Below are positions 12,301 to 24,300 of a DNA stretch of 64,000 nt, piece by piece. The notes beneath the pieces are model-generated. The model was not told the DNA's origin. It was given only the letters and a program-made list of their open reading frames with translations, and ran no database searches. Source of the stretch: Eledone cirrhosa (taxonomy: Eukaryota); contig OZ024741.1 in the NCBI GenBank assembly GCA_964016885.1, positions 133,486,001-133,550,000 of the forward strand, in the 5' to 3' direction. Both the position numbers and the translations under genes were made by a program. Numbering within the stretch: position 1 is the first letter of the stretch; the number at the start of each line of letters is the position of its first letter.

Positions 12301-15300
12301 AGGAGGACAGAGTGTAGAGTGAGAGAGTGAGGAGGACAGAGTGTAGAGTGAGAGAGTGAGGAGGACAGTGTAGAGTGAGAGAGTGAGGAGGACAGTGTAG
12401 AGGGAGAGAGTGAAGAGGACAGTGTAGAGTGAGAGAGTGAAGAGGAGATAGTGAGAGAATGAGGAGGACAGAGTGTAGAGTGAGAGAGTGAGGAGGACAG
12501 AGTGTAGAGTGAGAGAGTGAGGAGGACAGTGTAGAGGGAGAGAGTGAAGAGGACAGTGTAGAGTGAGAGAGTGAGGAGGACAGTGTAGAGGGAGAGAGTG
12601 AAGAGGACAGTGTAGAGTGAGAGAGTGAGGAGGACAGTGTAGAGTGAGAGAGTGAGGAGGACAGTGTAGAGGGAGAGAGTGAAGAGGACAGTGTAGAGTG
12701 AGAGAGTGAGGAGGACAGTGTAGAGGGAGAGAGTGAAGAGGACAGTGTAGAGTGAGAGAGTGAGGAGGACAGTGTAGAGGGAGAGACTGAAGAGGACAGT
12801 GTAGAGTGAGAGAGTGAGGAGGACAGTGTAGAGGGAGAGAGTGAAGAGGACAGTGTAGAGTGAGAGAGTGAAGAGGAGATAGTGAGAGAATGAGGAGGAC
12901 AGAGTGTAGAGTGAGAGAGTGAGGAGGACAGAGTGTAGAGTGAGAGAGTGAGGAGGACAGTGTAGAGTGAGAGAGTGAGGAGGACAGTGTAGAGGGAGAG
13001 AGTGAAGAGGACAGTGTAGAGTGAGAGAGTGAAGAGGAGATAGTGAGAGAATGAGGAGGACAGAGTGTAGAGTGAGAGAGTGAGGAGGACAGAGTGTAGA
13101 GTGAGAGAGTGAGGAGGACAGTGTAGAGGGAGAGAGTGAAGAGGACAGTGTAGAGTGAGAGAGTGAGGAGGACAGTGTAGAGGGAGAGAGTGAAGAGGAC
13201 AGTGTAGAGTGAGAGAGTGAGGAGGACAGTGTAGAGTGAGAGAGTGAGGAGGACAGTGTAGAGGGAGAGAGTGAAGAGGACAGTGTAGAGTGAGAGAGTG
13301 AGGAGGACAGTGTAGAGGGAGAGAGTGAAGAGGACAGTGTAGAGTGAGAGAGTGAGGAGGACAGTGTAGAGTGAGAGAGTGAGGAGGACAGTGTAGAGGG
13401 AGAGAGTGAAGAGGACAGTGTAGAGTGAGAGAGTGAGGAGGACAGTGTAGAGGGAGAGAGTGAAGAGGACAGTGTAGAGTGAGAGAGTGAAGAGGAGATA
13501 GTGAGAGAATGAGGAGGACAGAGTGTAGAGTGAGAGAGTGAGGAGGACAGAGTGTAGAGTGAGAGAGTGAGGAGGACAGTGTAGAGTGAGAGAGTGAGGA
13601 GGACAGTGTAGAAGGAGAGAGTGAAGAGGACAGTGTAGAGTGAGAGAGTGAAGAGGAGATAGTGAGAGAATGAGGAGGACAGAGTGTAGAGTGAGAGAGT
13701 GAGGAGGACAGTGTAGAGTGAGAGAGTGAGGAGGACAGTGTAGAGGGAGAGAGTGAAGAGGACAGTGTAGAGTGAGAGAGTGAGGAGGACAGAGTGAGAG
13801 AGTGAGGAGGACAGTGTGTAGAGGGAGAGAGTGAAGAGGACAGTGTAGAGTGAGAGAGTGAGAGAGTGAGGAGGACAGTGTAGAGTGAGGAGGACAGTGT
13901 AGAGTGAGAGAGTGAGGAGGACAGAGTGTAGAGTGAGAGAGTGAGAAGGACAGAGTGTACAGTGAGGAGGACAGTGTGTAGAGAGAGTGAGGAGGACAGT
14001 GTAGAGTGAGAGAGTGAGGAGGACAGAGTGTAGAGTGAGAGAGAGAGGAGGACAGTGTAGAGTGAGAGAGTGAGGAGGAGAGAGTGTAGAGTGAGAGAGT
14101 GAGGAGGACAGTGTAGAGTGAGAGAGTGAGGAGAACAGTGTAGAGTGAGAGAGTGAGGAGCACAGAGTGTAGAGTGAGAGAGTGAGGAGGACAGAGTGTT
14201 GAGTGAGAGTGAGGAGGACAGTGTAGAGTGAGAGAGTGAGGAGGAAAGTGTAGAGTGAGAGAGTGAGGAGCACAGAGTGTAGAGTGAGAGAGTGAGGAGG
14301 ACAGAGTGTAGAGTTAGAAGGACAGAGTGTAGAGTGAGAGAGTGAGGAGGACAGTGTAGAGTGAGAGAGTGAGGAGGACAGAGTGTAGATTGTAGAGAGA
14401 GGACAGAGTGTAGAGTGAGGAGGACAGTGTAGAGTGAGAGAGTGAGGAGGACAGTGTAGAGTGAGAGAGTGAGGAGGACAGTGTAGAGTGAGACAATGAG
14501 GAGCACAGAGTGTAGAGTGAGAGAGTGAGGAGGACAGAGTGTAGAGTGAGAGAGTGAGGAGGACAGAGTGTAGAGTGAGAGAGTGAGGAGGACAGTGTAG
14601 AGTGAGAGAGTGAGGAGGACAGAGTGTAGATTGTAGAGAGAGGACAGAGTGTAGAGTGAGAGAGTGAGGAGGAGAGTGAGAGAGTGAGGAGGACAGTGTA
14701 GAGTGAGAGAGTGAGGAGGACAGAGTGTAGAGTGAGGAGGACAGTATAGAGTTGTAGAGTGAGGAGGACAGAGTGTGGAGTGATAGAGTGAGGAGGACAG
14801 TGTAGAGTGAGAGAGTGAGGAGGACAGAGTGTAGAGTGAGAGAATGAGGAGAACAGTGTAGAGTGAGAGAGTGAGGAGAACAGAGTGGAGTGTGAGAGAG
14901 TGAGGAGGACAGTGTAGAGTGAGAGAGTGAGGAGGACAGAGTGTAGAGTGAGAGAGTGAGGAGGACAGTGTAGAGTGAGAGAGTGAGGAGGACAGAGTGT
15001 AGAGTGAGAGAGTGAGGAGGACAGAGTGTAGAGTGAGAGAATGAGGAGGACAGTGTAGAGTGAGTGAGTGAGGAGGACAGAGTGTAGAGTGAGAGAGTGA
15101 GGAAGACAGTGTAGAGTGAGAGAGTGAGGAGGACAGTGTAGAGTGAGAGAGTGATGAGGACAGAGTGAAGAGTGATAGAATGAGGATGACAGTGTAGAGT
15201 GAGAGAGTGAGGAGGACAGAGTGTAGAGTGAGAGAATGAGGAGGACAGTGTAGAGTGAGTGAGTGAGGAGGACAGTGTAGAGGGAGAGAGTGATGAGGAC

Positions 15301-18300
15301 AGAGTGTAGAGTGATAGAATGAGGATGACAGTGTAGAGTGAGAGAGTGAGGAGGACAGAGTGTAGAGTGAGAGAGTGAGGAGGACAGTGTAGAGTGAGAG
15401 AATGACGAGGACAGTGTAGAGTGAGAGAGTGAGGAGGACAGAGTGTAGAGTAAGAAGGACAGAGTGTAGAGTGAGAGAGTGAGGAGGACAGTGTGTAGAG
15501 TAAGAGAGTGAGGAGGACATTGTAGAGTGAGAGAATGACGAGGACAGTGTAGAGTGAGAGAGTGAGGAGGACCGAGTGAGAGAGTGAGGAGGACAGAGTG
15601 TAGAGTGAGAGAGTGAGGAGGACACAGTGAGAGAATGAGGAGCACAGAGTGTAGAGTGAGAGCGTGAGGAGGACAGTGTAGAGTAAGAGAGTGAGGAGGA
15701 CAGAGTGTAGAGTGAGAGAGTGAAGAGGATGGAGTTTAGAGTGAGAGAGTGAGGAGGACGGAGTGTAGAGTGAGGAGGACAGTGTAGAGTGATAGAGTGA
15801 GGAGGACAAAGTGTAGAGTGAGAGAGTGAGGAGGACAGTGTAGAGTGAGAGAGTGAGGAGGACAGTGTAGAGTGAGAGAGTGAGGAGGACAAAGTGTAGA
15901 GTGTAAAGAGTGTAGATTGTAGAGAGAGGACAGAGTGTAGAGTGTAGAGAGTGTAAACTGTAGGGTGTAGATTGTAGAGAGAGGACAGAGTGTAGAGTGA
16001 GAGAGTGAGGAGGACAGTGTAGAGTGAGAGAATGACGAGGACAGTGTAGAGTGAGAGAGTGAGGAGGACAGAGTGAGAGAATGAGGAGCACAGAGTGTAG
16101 AGTGAGAGAGTGAGGAGGACAGTGTGTAGAGTAAGAGAGTGAGGAGGACATTGTAGATTGAGAGAATGACGAGGACAGTGTAGAGTGAGAGAGTGAGGAG
16201 GACTGAGTGAGAGAGTGAGGAGGACAGAGTGTAGAGTGAGAGAGTGAGGAGGACACAGTGAGAGAATGAGGAGCACAGAGTGTAGAGTGAGAGAGTGAAG
16301 AGGACGGAATGTAGAGTGAGAGAGTGAGGAGGACAGTGTAGAGTGAGAGAGTGAGGAGGACCGAGTGAGAGAGTGAGGAGGACAGAGTGTAGAGTGAGTG
16401 CGTGAGGAGGACAGTGTAGAGTAAGAGAGTGAGGAGGACAGAGTGTAGAGTGAGAGAGTGAAGAGGATGGAGTTTAGAGTGAGAGAGTGAGGAGGACGGA
16501 GTGTAGAGTGAGGAGGACAGAGTGTAGAGTGAGGAGGACAGTGTAGAGTGATAGAGTGAGGTGGACAGTGTGTAGAGTGAGGAGGACAGTGTAGAGTGAT
16601 AGAGTGAGGAGGACAAAGTGTAGAGTGAGAGAGTGAGGAGGACAGTGTAGAGTGAGAGAGTGAGGAGGACAGAGTGTAGAGTGAGAGAGTGAAGAGGATG
16701 GAGTTTAGAGTGAGAGAGTGAGGAGGACGGAGTGTAGAGTGAGAGAGTGAGGAGGACAGTGTAGAGTGAGGGAGTGAGGAGGACACAGTGAGAGAATGAG
16801 GAGCACAGAGTGTAGAGTGAGAGAGTGAAGAGGACGGAATGTAGAGTGAGAGAGTGAGGAGGACAGTGTAGAGTGAGAGAGTGAGGAGGACCGAGTGAGA
16901 GAGTGAGGAGGACAGAGTGTAGAGTGAGTGCGTGAGGAGGACAGTGTAGAGTAAGAGAGTGAGGAGGACAGAGTGTAGAGTGAGAGAGTGAAGAGGATGG
17001 AGTTTAGAGTGAGAGAGTGAGGAGGACGGAGTGTAGAGTGAGGAGGACAGAGTGTAGAGTGAGGAGGACAGTGTAGAGTGATAGAGTGAGGTGGACAGTG
17101 TGTAGAGTGAGGAGGACAGTGTAGAGTGATAGAGTGAGGAGGACAAAGTGTAGAGTGAGAGAGTGAGGAGGACAGTGTAGAGTGAGAGAGTGAGGAGGAC
17201 AGAGTGTAGAGTGAGAGAGTGAAGAGGATGGAGTTTAGAGTGAGAGAGTGAGGAGGACGGAGTGTAGAGTGAGAGAGTGAGGAGGACAGTGTAGAGTGAG
17301 GGAGTGAGGAGGACAGTGTAGAGTGAGAGAGTGAGGAGGACACAGTGAGAGAATGAGGAGCACAGAGTGTAGAGTGAGAGCGTGAGGAGGACAGTGTAGA
17401 GTAAGAGAGTGAGGAGGACAGAGTGTAGAGTGAGAGAGTGAAGAGGATGGAGTTTAGAGTGAGAGAGTGAGGAGGACGGAGTGTAGAGTGAGGAGGACAG
17501 AGTGTAGAGTGAGGAGGACAGTGTAGAGTGATAGAGTGAGGAGGACAGTGTGTAGAGTGAGGAGGACAGTGTAGAGTGATAGAGTGAGGAGGACAAAGTG
17601 TAGAGTGAGAGAGTGAGGAGGACAGTGTAGAGTGAGAGAGTGAGGAGGTCAGTGTAGAGTGAGAGAGTGAGGAGGACAAAGTGTAGAGTGTAAAGAGTGT
17701 AGATTGTAGAGAGAGGACAGAGTGTAGAGTGTAGAGAGTGTAAACTGTAGGGTGTAGATTGTAGAGAGAGGACAGAGTGTAGAGTGAGAGAGTGAGGGGG
17801 ACAGTGTAGAGTGAGAGAGTGAGGAGGACAGTGTAGAGTGAGAGAGTGAGGAGGACAAAGTGTAGAGTGTAAAGAGTGTAGATTGTAGAGAGAGGACAGA
17901 GTGTAGAGTGAGGAGGACAGAGTGTAGAGTGAGAGAGTGAGGAGGACAGTGTAGAGTGGTTGAGTGAGGAGGACAGTGTAGAGTGAGAGAATGAGGAGGA
18001 CAGTGTAGAGTGAGAGAGTGAGGAGGACAGAGTGTAGAGTGAGAGAGTGAGAAGGACAGTGTAGAGTGAGAGAGTGAGGAGGAGGATAGAGTGTAGAGTG
18101 AGAGAGTGAGGAGGACAGAGTGTAGAGTGAGAGAGTGAGGAGGACAGTGTGTAGAGTGAGAGAGTGAGGAGGACAGAGTGTAGTGTGAGAGAGTGAGGAG
18201 GACAGAGTGTAGAGTGAGAGAGTGAGGAGGACACAGTGAGAGAATGAGGAGCACAGAGTGTAGAGTGAGAGCGTGAGGAGGACAGTGTAGAGTAAGAGAG

Positions 18301-21300
18301 TGAGGAGGACAGAGTGTAGAGTGAGAGAGTGAAGAGGATGGAGTTTAGAGTGAGAGAGTGAGGAGGACGGAGTGTAGAGTGAGAGAGTGAGGAGGACGGA
18401 GTGTAGAGTGAGGAGGACAGTGTAGAGTGATAGAGTGAGGAGGACAAAGTGTAGAGTGAGAGAGTGAGGAGGACAGTGTAGAGTGAGAGAGTGAGGAGGA
18501 CAGTGTAGAGTGAGAGAGTGAAGAGGACAAAGTGTAGAGTGTAAAGAGTGTAGATTGTAGAGAGAGGACAGAGTGTAGAGTGTAGAGAGTGTAAACTGTA
18601 GGGTGTAGATTGTAGAGAGAGGACAGAGTGTAGAGTGAGAGAGTGAGGAGGACAGAGTGTAGAGTGAGAGAGTGAGGAGGACAGTGTAGAGTGAGAGAAT
18701 GACGAGGACAGTGTAGAGTGAGAGAGTGAGGAGGACAGAGTGTAGAGTGAGAGAGTAAGAAGGACAGAGTGTAGAGTGAGAGAGTGAGGAGGACAGAGTG
18801 AGAGAATGAGGAGCACAGAGTGTAGAGTGAGAGAGTGAGGAGGACAGTGTGTAGAGTAAGAGAGTGAGGAGGACATTGTAGAGTGAGAGAATGACGAGGA
18901 CAGTGTAGAGTGAGAGAGTGAGGAGGACTGAGTGAGAGAGTGAGGAGGACAGAGTGTAGAGTGAGAGAGTGAGGAGGACACAGTGAGAGAATGAGGAGCA
19001 CAGAGTGTAGAGTGAGAGAGTGAAGAGGACGGAATGTAGAGTGAGAGAGTGAGGAGGACAGTGTAGAGTGAGAGAGTGAGGAGGACCGAGTGAGAGAGTG
19101 AGGAGGACAGAGTGTAGAGTGAGTGCGTGAGGAGGACAGTGTAGAGTAAGAGAGTGAGGAGGACAGAGTGTAGAGTGAGAGAGTGAAGAGGATGGAGTTT
19201 AGAGTGAGAGAGTGAGGAGGACGGAGTGTAGAGTGAGGAGGACAGAGTGTAGAGTGAGAGAGTGAGGAGGACAGTGTGTAGAGTGAGAGAATGAGGAGGA
19301 CAGAGGGTAGAGTGAGAGAGTGAGGAGGACAGAGTGTAGAGGGAGAGAGTGAGGAGGACAGTGTGTAGAGTGAGAGAATGAGGAGGACAGTGTAGAGTGA
19401 GAGAGTGAGGACAGAGTGTAGAGTGAGGAGGACAGTGTAGAGTGAGAGAGTGAGGAGGACAGAGTGTAGAGTGAGAGAATGAGGAGGACAGTGTAGAGTG
19501 AGAGAGTGAGGACAGAGTGTAGTGTGAGAGAGTGAGGAGGACAGTGTAGAGTGAGAGAGTGAGGAGGACAGTGTAGAGTGAGAGAGTGAGTAGGACAGAG
19601 TGTAGAGTGAGAGAGTGAGGAGGACAGAGTGTAGAGTGAGAGAGTGAGGAGGACAGAGTGTAGAGTGAGAGAGTGAGGAGGACAGTGTAGAGTGAGAGAG
19701 TGAGGATGACAGAGTGTAGTGTGAGAGAGTGAGGAGGACAGAGTGTAGAGTGAGAGAATGAGGAGGACAGAGTGTAGAGTGAGAGAGTGAGGAGGACAGA
19801 GTGTAGAGTGAGGAGGACAGAGTGTAGTGTGAGAGAGTGAGGAGGACAGTGTGTAGAGTGAGAGAATGAGGAGGACAGTGTAGAGTGAGAGAGTGAGGAC
19901 AGAGTGTAGAGTGAGGAGGACAGTGTAGAGTGAGAGAGTGAGGAGGACAGAGTGTAGAGTGAGAGAATGAGGAGGACAGAGTGTAGATTGAGAGAGTGAG
20001 GACAGAGTGTAGTGTGAGAGAGTGAGGAGGACAGTGTAGAGTGAGAGAATGAGGAGGACAGTGTAGAATGAGAGAGTGAGGACAGAGTGTAGTGTGAGAG
20101 AGTGAGGAGGACAGTGTAGAGTGAGAGAGTGAGGAGGACAGAGTGTAGAGTGAGAGAGTGGGGAGGACAGAGTAGAGTGAGAGAGTGAGGAGGACAGAGT
20201 GTAGTGTGAGAGAGTGAGGAGGACAGAGTGTAGAGTGAGAGAATGAGGAGGACAGTGTAGAGTGAGAGAGTGAGGACAGAGTGTAGAGTGAGAGGGTGAG
20301 GAGGACAGAGTGTAGAGTGAGAGAATGAGGATGACAGTGTAGAGTGAGAGAGTGAGTAGGACAGAGTGTAGAGTGAGAGAGTGAGGAGGAGAGTGTAGAG
20401 TGAGAGAATGACGAGGACAGTGTAGAGTGAGAGAGTGAGGAGGACAGAGTGTAGAGTGAGAAGGACAGAGTGTAGAGTGAGAGAGTGAGGAGGACAGTGT
20501 AGAGTGAGAGAGTGAGGAGGACAGTGTAGAGTGAGAGAGTGAGGAGGACAGAGTGTAGAGTTTGAGAGTGAGGAGGACAGAGTGAGAGAATGAGGAGCAC
20601 AGAGTGTAGAGTGAGAGAGTGAGGAGGACAGTGTAGAGTGAGAGAATGACGAGGACAGTGTAGAGTGAGAGAGTGAGGAGGACAGAGTGTAGAGTGAGAG
20701 AGTGAGGAGGACAGAGTGTAGAGTGAGAGAGTGAGGAGGACAAAGTGTAGAGTGTAAAGAGTGTAGATTGTAGAGAGAGGACAGAGTGTAGAGTGTAGAG
20801 AGTGTAAACTGTAGGGTGTAGATTGTAGAGAGAGGACAGAGTGTAGAGTGAGAGAGTGAGGAGGACAGTGTAGAGTGGTTGAGTGAGGAGGACAGTGTAG
20901 AGTGAGAGAATGAGGAGGACAGTGTAGAGTGAGAGAGTGAGGAGGACAGAGTGTAGAGTGAGAGAGTGAGAAGGACAGTGTAGAGTGAGAGAGTGAGGAG
21001 GAGGATAGAGTGTAGAGTGAGAGAGTGAGGAGGACAGAGTGTAGAGTGAGAGAGTGAGGAGGACAGTGTGTAGAGTGAGAGAGTGAGGAGGACGGAGTGT
21101 AGAGTGAGGAGGACAGAGTGTAGAGTGAGGAGGACAGTGTAGAGTGATAGAGTGAGGAGGACAGTGTGTAGAGTGAGGAGGAAAGTGTAGAGTGATAGAG
21201 TGAGGTGGACAAAGTGTAGAGTGAGAGAGTGAGGAGGACAGTGTAGAGTGAGAGAGTGAGGAGGTCAGTGTAGAGTGAGAGAGTGAGGAGGACAAAGTGT

Positions 21301-24300
21301 AGAGTGTAAAGAGTGTAGATTGTAGAGAGAGGACAGAGTGTAGAGTGTAGAGAGTGTAAACTGTAGGGTGTAGATTGTAGAGAGAGGACAGAGTGTAGAG
21401 TGAGAGAGTGAGGGGGACAGTGTAGAGTGAGAGAGTGAGGAGGACAGTGTAGAGTGAGAGAGTGAGGAGGACAAAGTGTAGAGTGTAAAGAGTGTAGATT
21501 GTAGAGAGAGGACAGAGTGTAGAGTGAGGAGGACAGAGTGTAGAGTGAGAGAGTGAGGAGGACAGTGTAGAGTGGTTGAGTGAGGAGGACAGTGTAGAGT
21601 GAGAGAATGAGGAGGACAGTGTAGAGTGAGAGAGTGAGGAGGACAGAGTATAGAGTGAGAGAGTGAGAAGGACAGTGTAGAGTGAGAGAGTGAGGAGGAG
21701 GATAGAGTGTAGAGTGAGAGAGTGAGGAGGACAGAGTGTAGAGTGAGAGAGTGAGGAGGACAGTGTGTAGAGTGAGAGAGTGAGGAGGACAGAGTGTAGT
21801 GTGAGAGAGTGAGGAGGACAGAGTGTAGAGTGAGAGAGTGAGGAGGACAGTGTAGAGTAAGAGAGTGAGGAGGACAGAGTGTAGAGTGAGAGAGTGAGGA
21901 GGACACAGTGAGAGAATGAGGAGCACAGAGTGTAGAGTGAGAGCGTGAGGAGGACAGTGTAGAGTAAGAGAGTGAGGAGGACAGAGTGTAGAGTGAGAGA
22001 GTGAAGAGGATGGAGTTTAGAGTGAGAGAGTGAGGAGGACGGAGTGTAGAGTGAGAGAGTGAGGAGGACGGAGTGTAGAGTGAGGAGGACAGTGTAGAGT
22101 GATAGAGTGAGGAGGACAAAGTGTAGAGTGAGAGAGTGAGGAGGACAGTGTAGAGTGAGAGAGTGAGGAGGACAGTGTAGAGTGAGAGAGTGAGGAGGAC
22201 AAAGTGTAGAGTGTAAAGAGTGTAGATTGTAGAGAGAGGACAGAGTGTAGAGTGTAGAGAGTGTAAACTGTAGGGTGTAGATTGTAGAGAGAGGACAGAG
22301 TGTAGAGTGAGAGAGTGAGGAGGACAGAGTGTAGAGTGAGAGAGTGAGGAGGACAGTGTAGAGTGAGAGAATGACGAGGACAGTGTAGAGTGAGAGAGTG
22401 AGGAGGACAGAGTGTAGAGTGAGAGAGTAAGAAGGACAGAGTGTAGAGTGAGAGAGTGAGGAGGACAGAGTGAGAGAATGAGGAGCACAGAGTGTAGAGT
22501 GAGAGAGTGAGGAGGACAGTGTGTAGAGTAAGAGAGTGAGGAGGACATTGTAGAGTTAGAGAATGACGAGGACAGTGTAGAGTGAGAGAGTGAGGAGGAC
22601 TGAGTGAGTGAGTGAGGAGGACAGAGTGTAGAGTGAGAGAGTGAGGAGGACACAGTGAGAGAATGAGGAGCACAGAGTGTAGAGTGAGAGAGTGAAGAGG
22701 ACGGAATGTAGAGTGAGAGAGTGAGGAGGACAGTGTAGAGTGAGAGAGTGAGGAGGACCGAGTGAGAGAGTGAGGAGGACAGAGTGTAGAGTGAGTGCGT
22801 GAGGAGGACAGTGTAGAGTAAGAGAGTGAGGAGGACAGAGTGTAGAGTGAGAGAGTGAAGAGGATGGAGTTTAGAGTGAGAGAGTGAGGAGGACGGAGTG
22901 TAGAGTGAGGAGGACAGTGTAGAGTGAGGAGGACAGTGTAGAGTGATAGAGTGAGGAGGACAGTGTGTAGAGTGAGGAGGACAGTGTAGAGTGATAGAGT
23001 GAGGAGGACAAAGTGTAGAGTGAGAGAGTGAGGAGGACAGTGTAGAGTGAGAGAGTGAGGAGGTCAGTGTAGAGTGAGAGAGTGAGGAGGACAGAGTGTA
23101 GAGTGAGAGAGTGAAGAGGATGGAGTTTAGAGTGAGAGAGTGAGGAGGACGGAGTGTAGAGTGAGAGAGTGAGGAGGACAGTGTAGAGTGAGGGAGTGAG
23201 GAGGACAGTGTAGAGTGAGAGAGTGAGGAGGACACAGTGAGAGAATGAGGAGCACAGAGTGTAGAGTGAGAGCGTGAGGAGGACAGTGTAGAGTAAGAGA
23301 GTGAGGAGGACAGAGTGTAGAGTGAGAGAGTGAAGAGGATGGAGTTTAGAGTGAGAGAGTGAGGAGGACGGAGTGTAGAGTGAGGAGGACAGAGTGTAGA
23401 GTGAGGAGGACAGTGTAGAGTGATAGAGTGTGGAGGACAGTGTGTAGAGTGAGGAGGACAGTGTAGAGTGATAGAGTGAGGAGGACAAAGTGTAGAGTGA
23501 GAGAGTGAGGAGGACAGTGTAGAGTGAGAGAGTGAGGAGGTCAGTGTAGAGTGAGAGAGTGAGGAGGACAAAGTGTAGAGTGTAAAGAGTGTAGATTGTA
23601 GAGAGAGGACAGAGTGTAGAGTGAGGAGGACAGAGTGTAGAGTGAGAGAGTGAGGAGGACAGTGTAGAGTGGTTGAGTGAGGAGGACAGTGTAGAGTGAG
23701 AGAATGAGGAGGACAGTGTAGAGTGAGAGAGTGAGGAGGACAGAGTGTAGAGTGAGAGAGTGAGAAGGACAGTGTAGAGTGAGAGAGTGAGGCGGAGGAT
23801 AGAGTGTAGAGTGAGAGAGTGAGGAGGACAGAGTGTAGAGTGAGAGAGTGAGGAGGACAGTGTGTAGAGTGAGAGAGTGAGGAGGACAGAGTGTAGTGTG
23901 AGAGAGTGAGGAGGACAGAGTGTAGAGTGAGAGAGTGAGGAGGACAGTGTAGAGTGAGAGAGTGAGGAGGATAGAGTGTAGAGTGAGAGAATGAGGAGGA
24001 CAGTGTAGAGTGAGAGAGTGAGGAGGACAGAGTGTAGAGAGAGAGAGTGAGGAGGACAGTGTAGAGTGAGAGAGTGAGGACGACAGAGTGTAGAGTGAGA
24101 GAGTGAGGAGGACAGAGTCTAGAGTGAGAGAATCAGGAGGAGAGTGTGTAGAGTAAGAAGGGCAGAGTGTAGAGTGAGATTGAGGAGGACAGTGTAGAGT
24201 GAGAGAGTGAGGAGGACAAAGTGTAGAGTGAGAGAATGACGAGGACAGTGTAGAGTGAGAGAGTGAGGAGGACTGAGTGAGAGAGTGAGGAGGACAGAGT

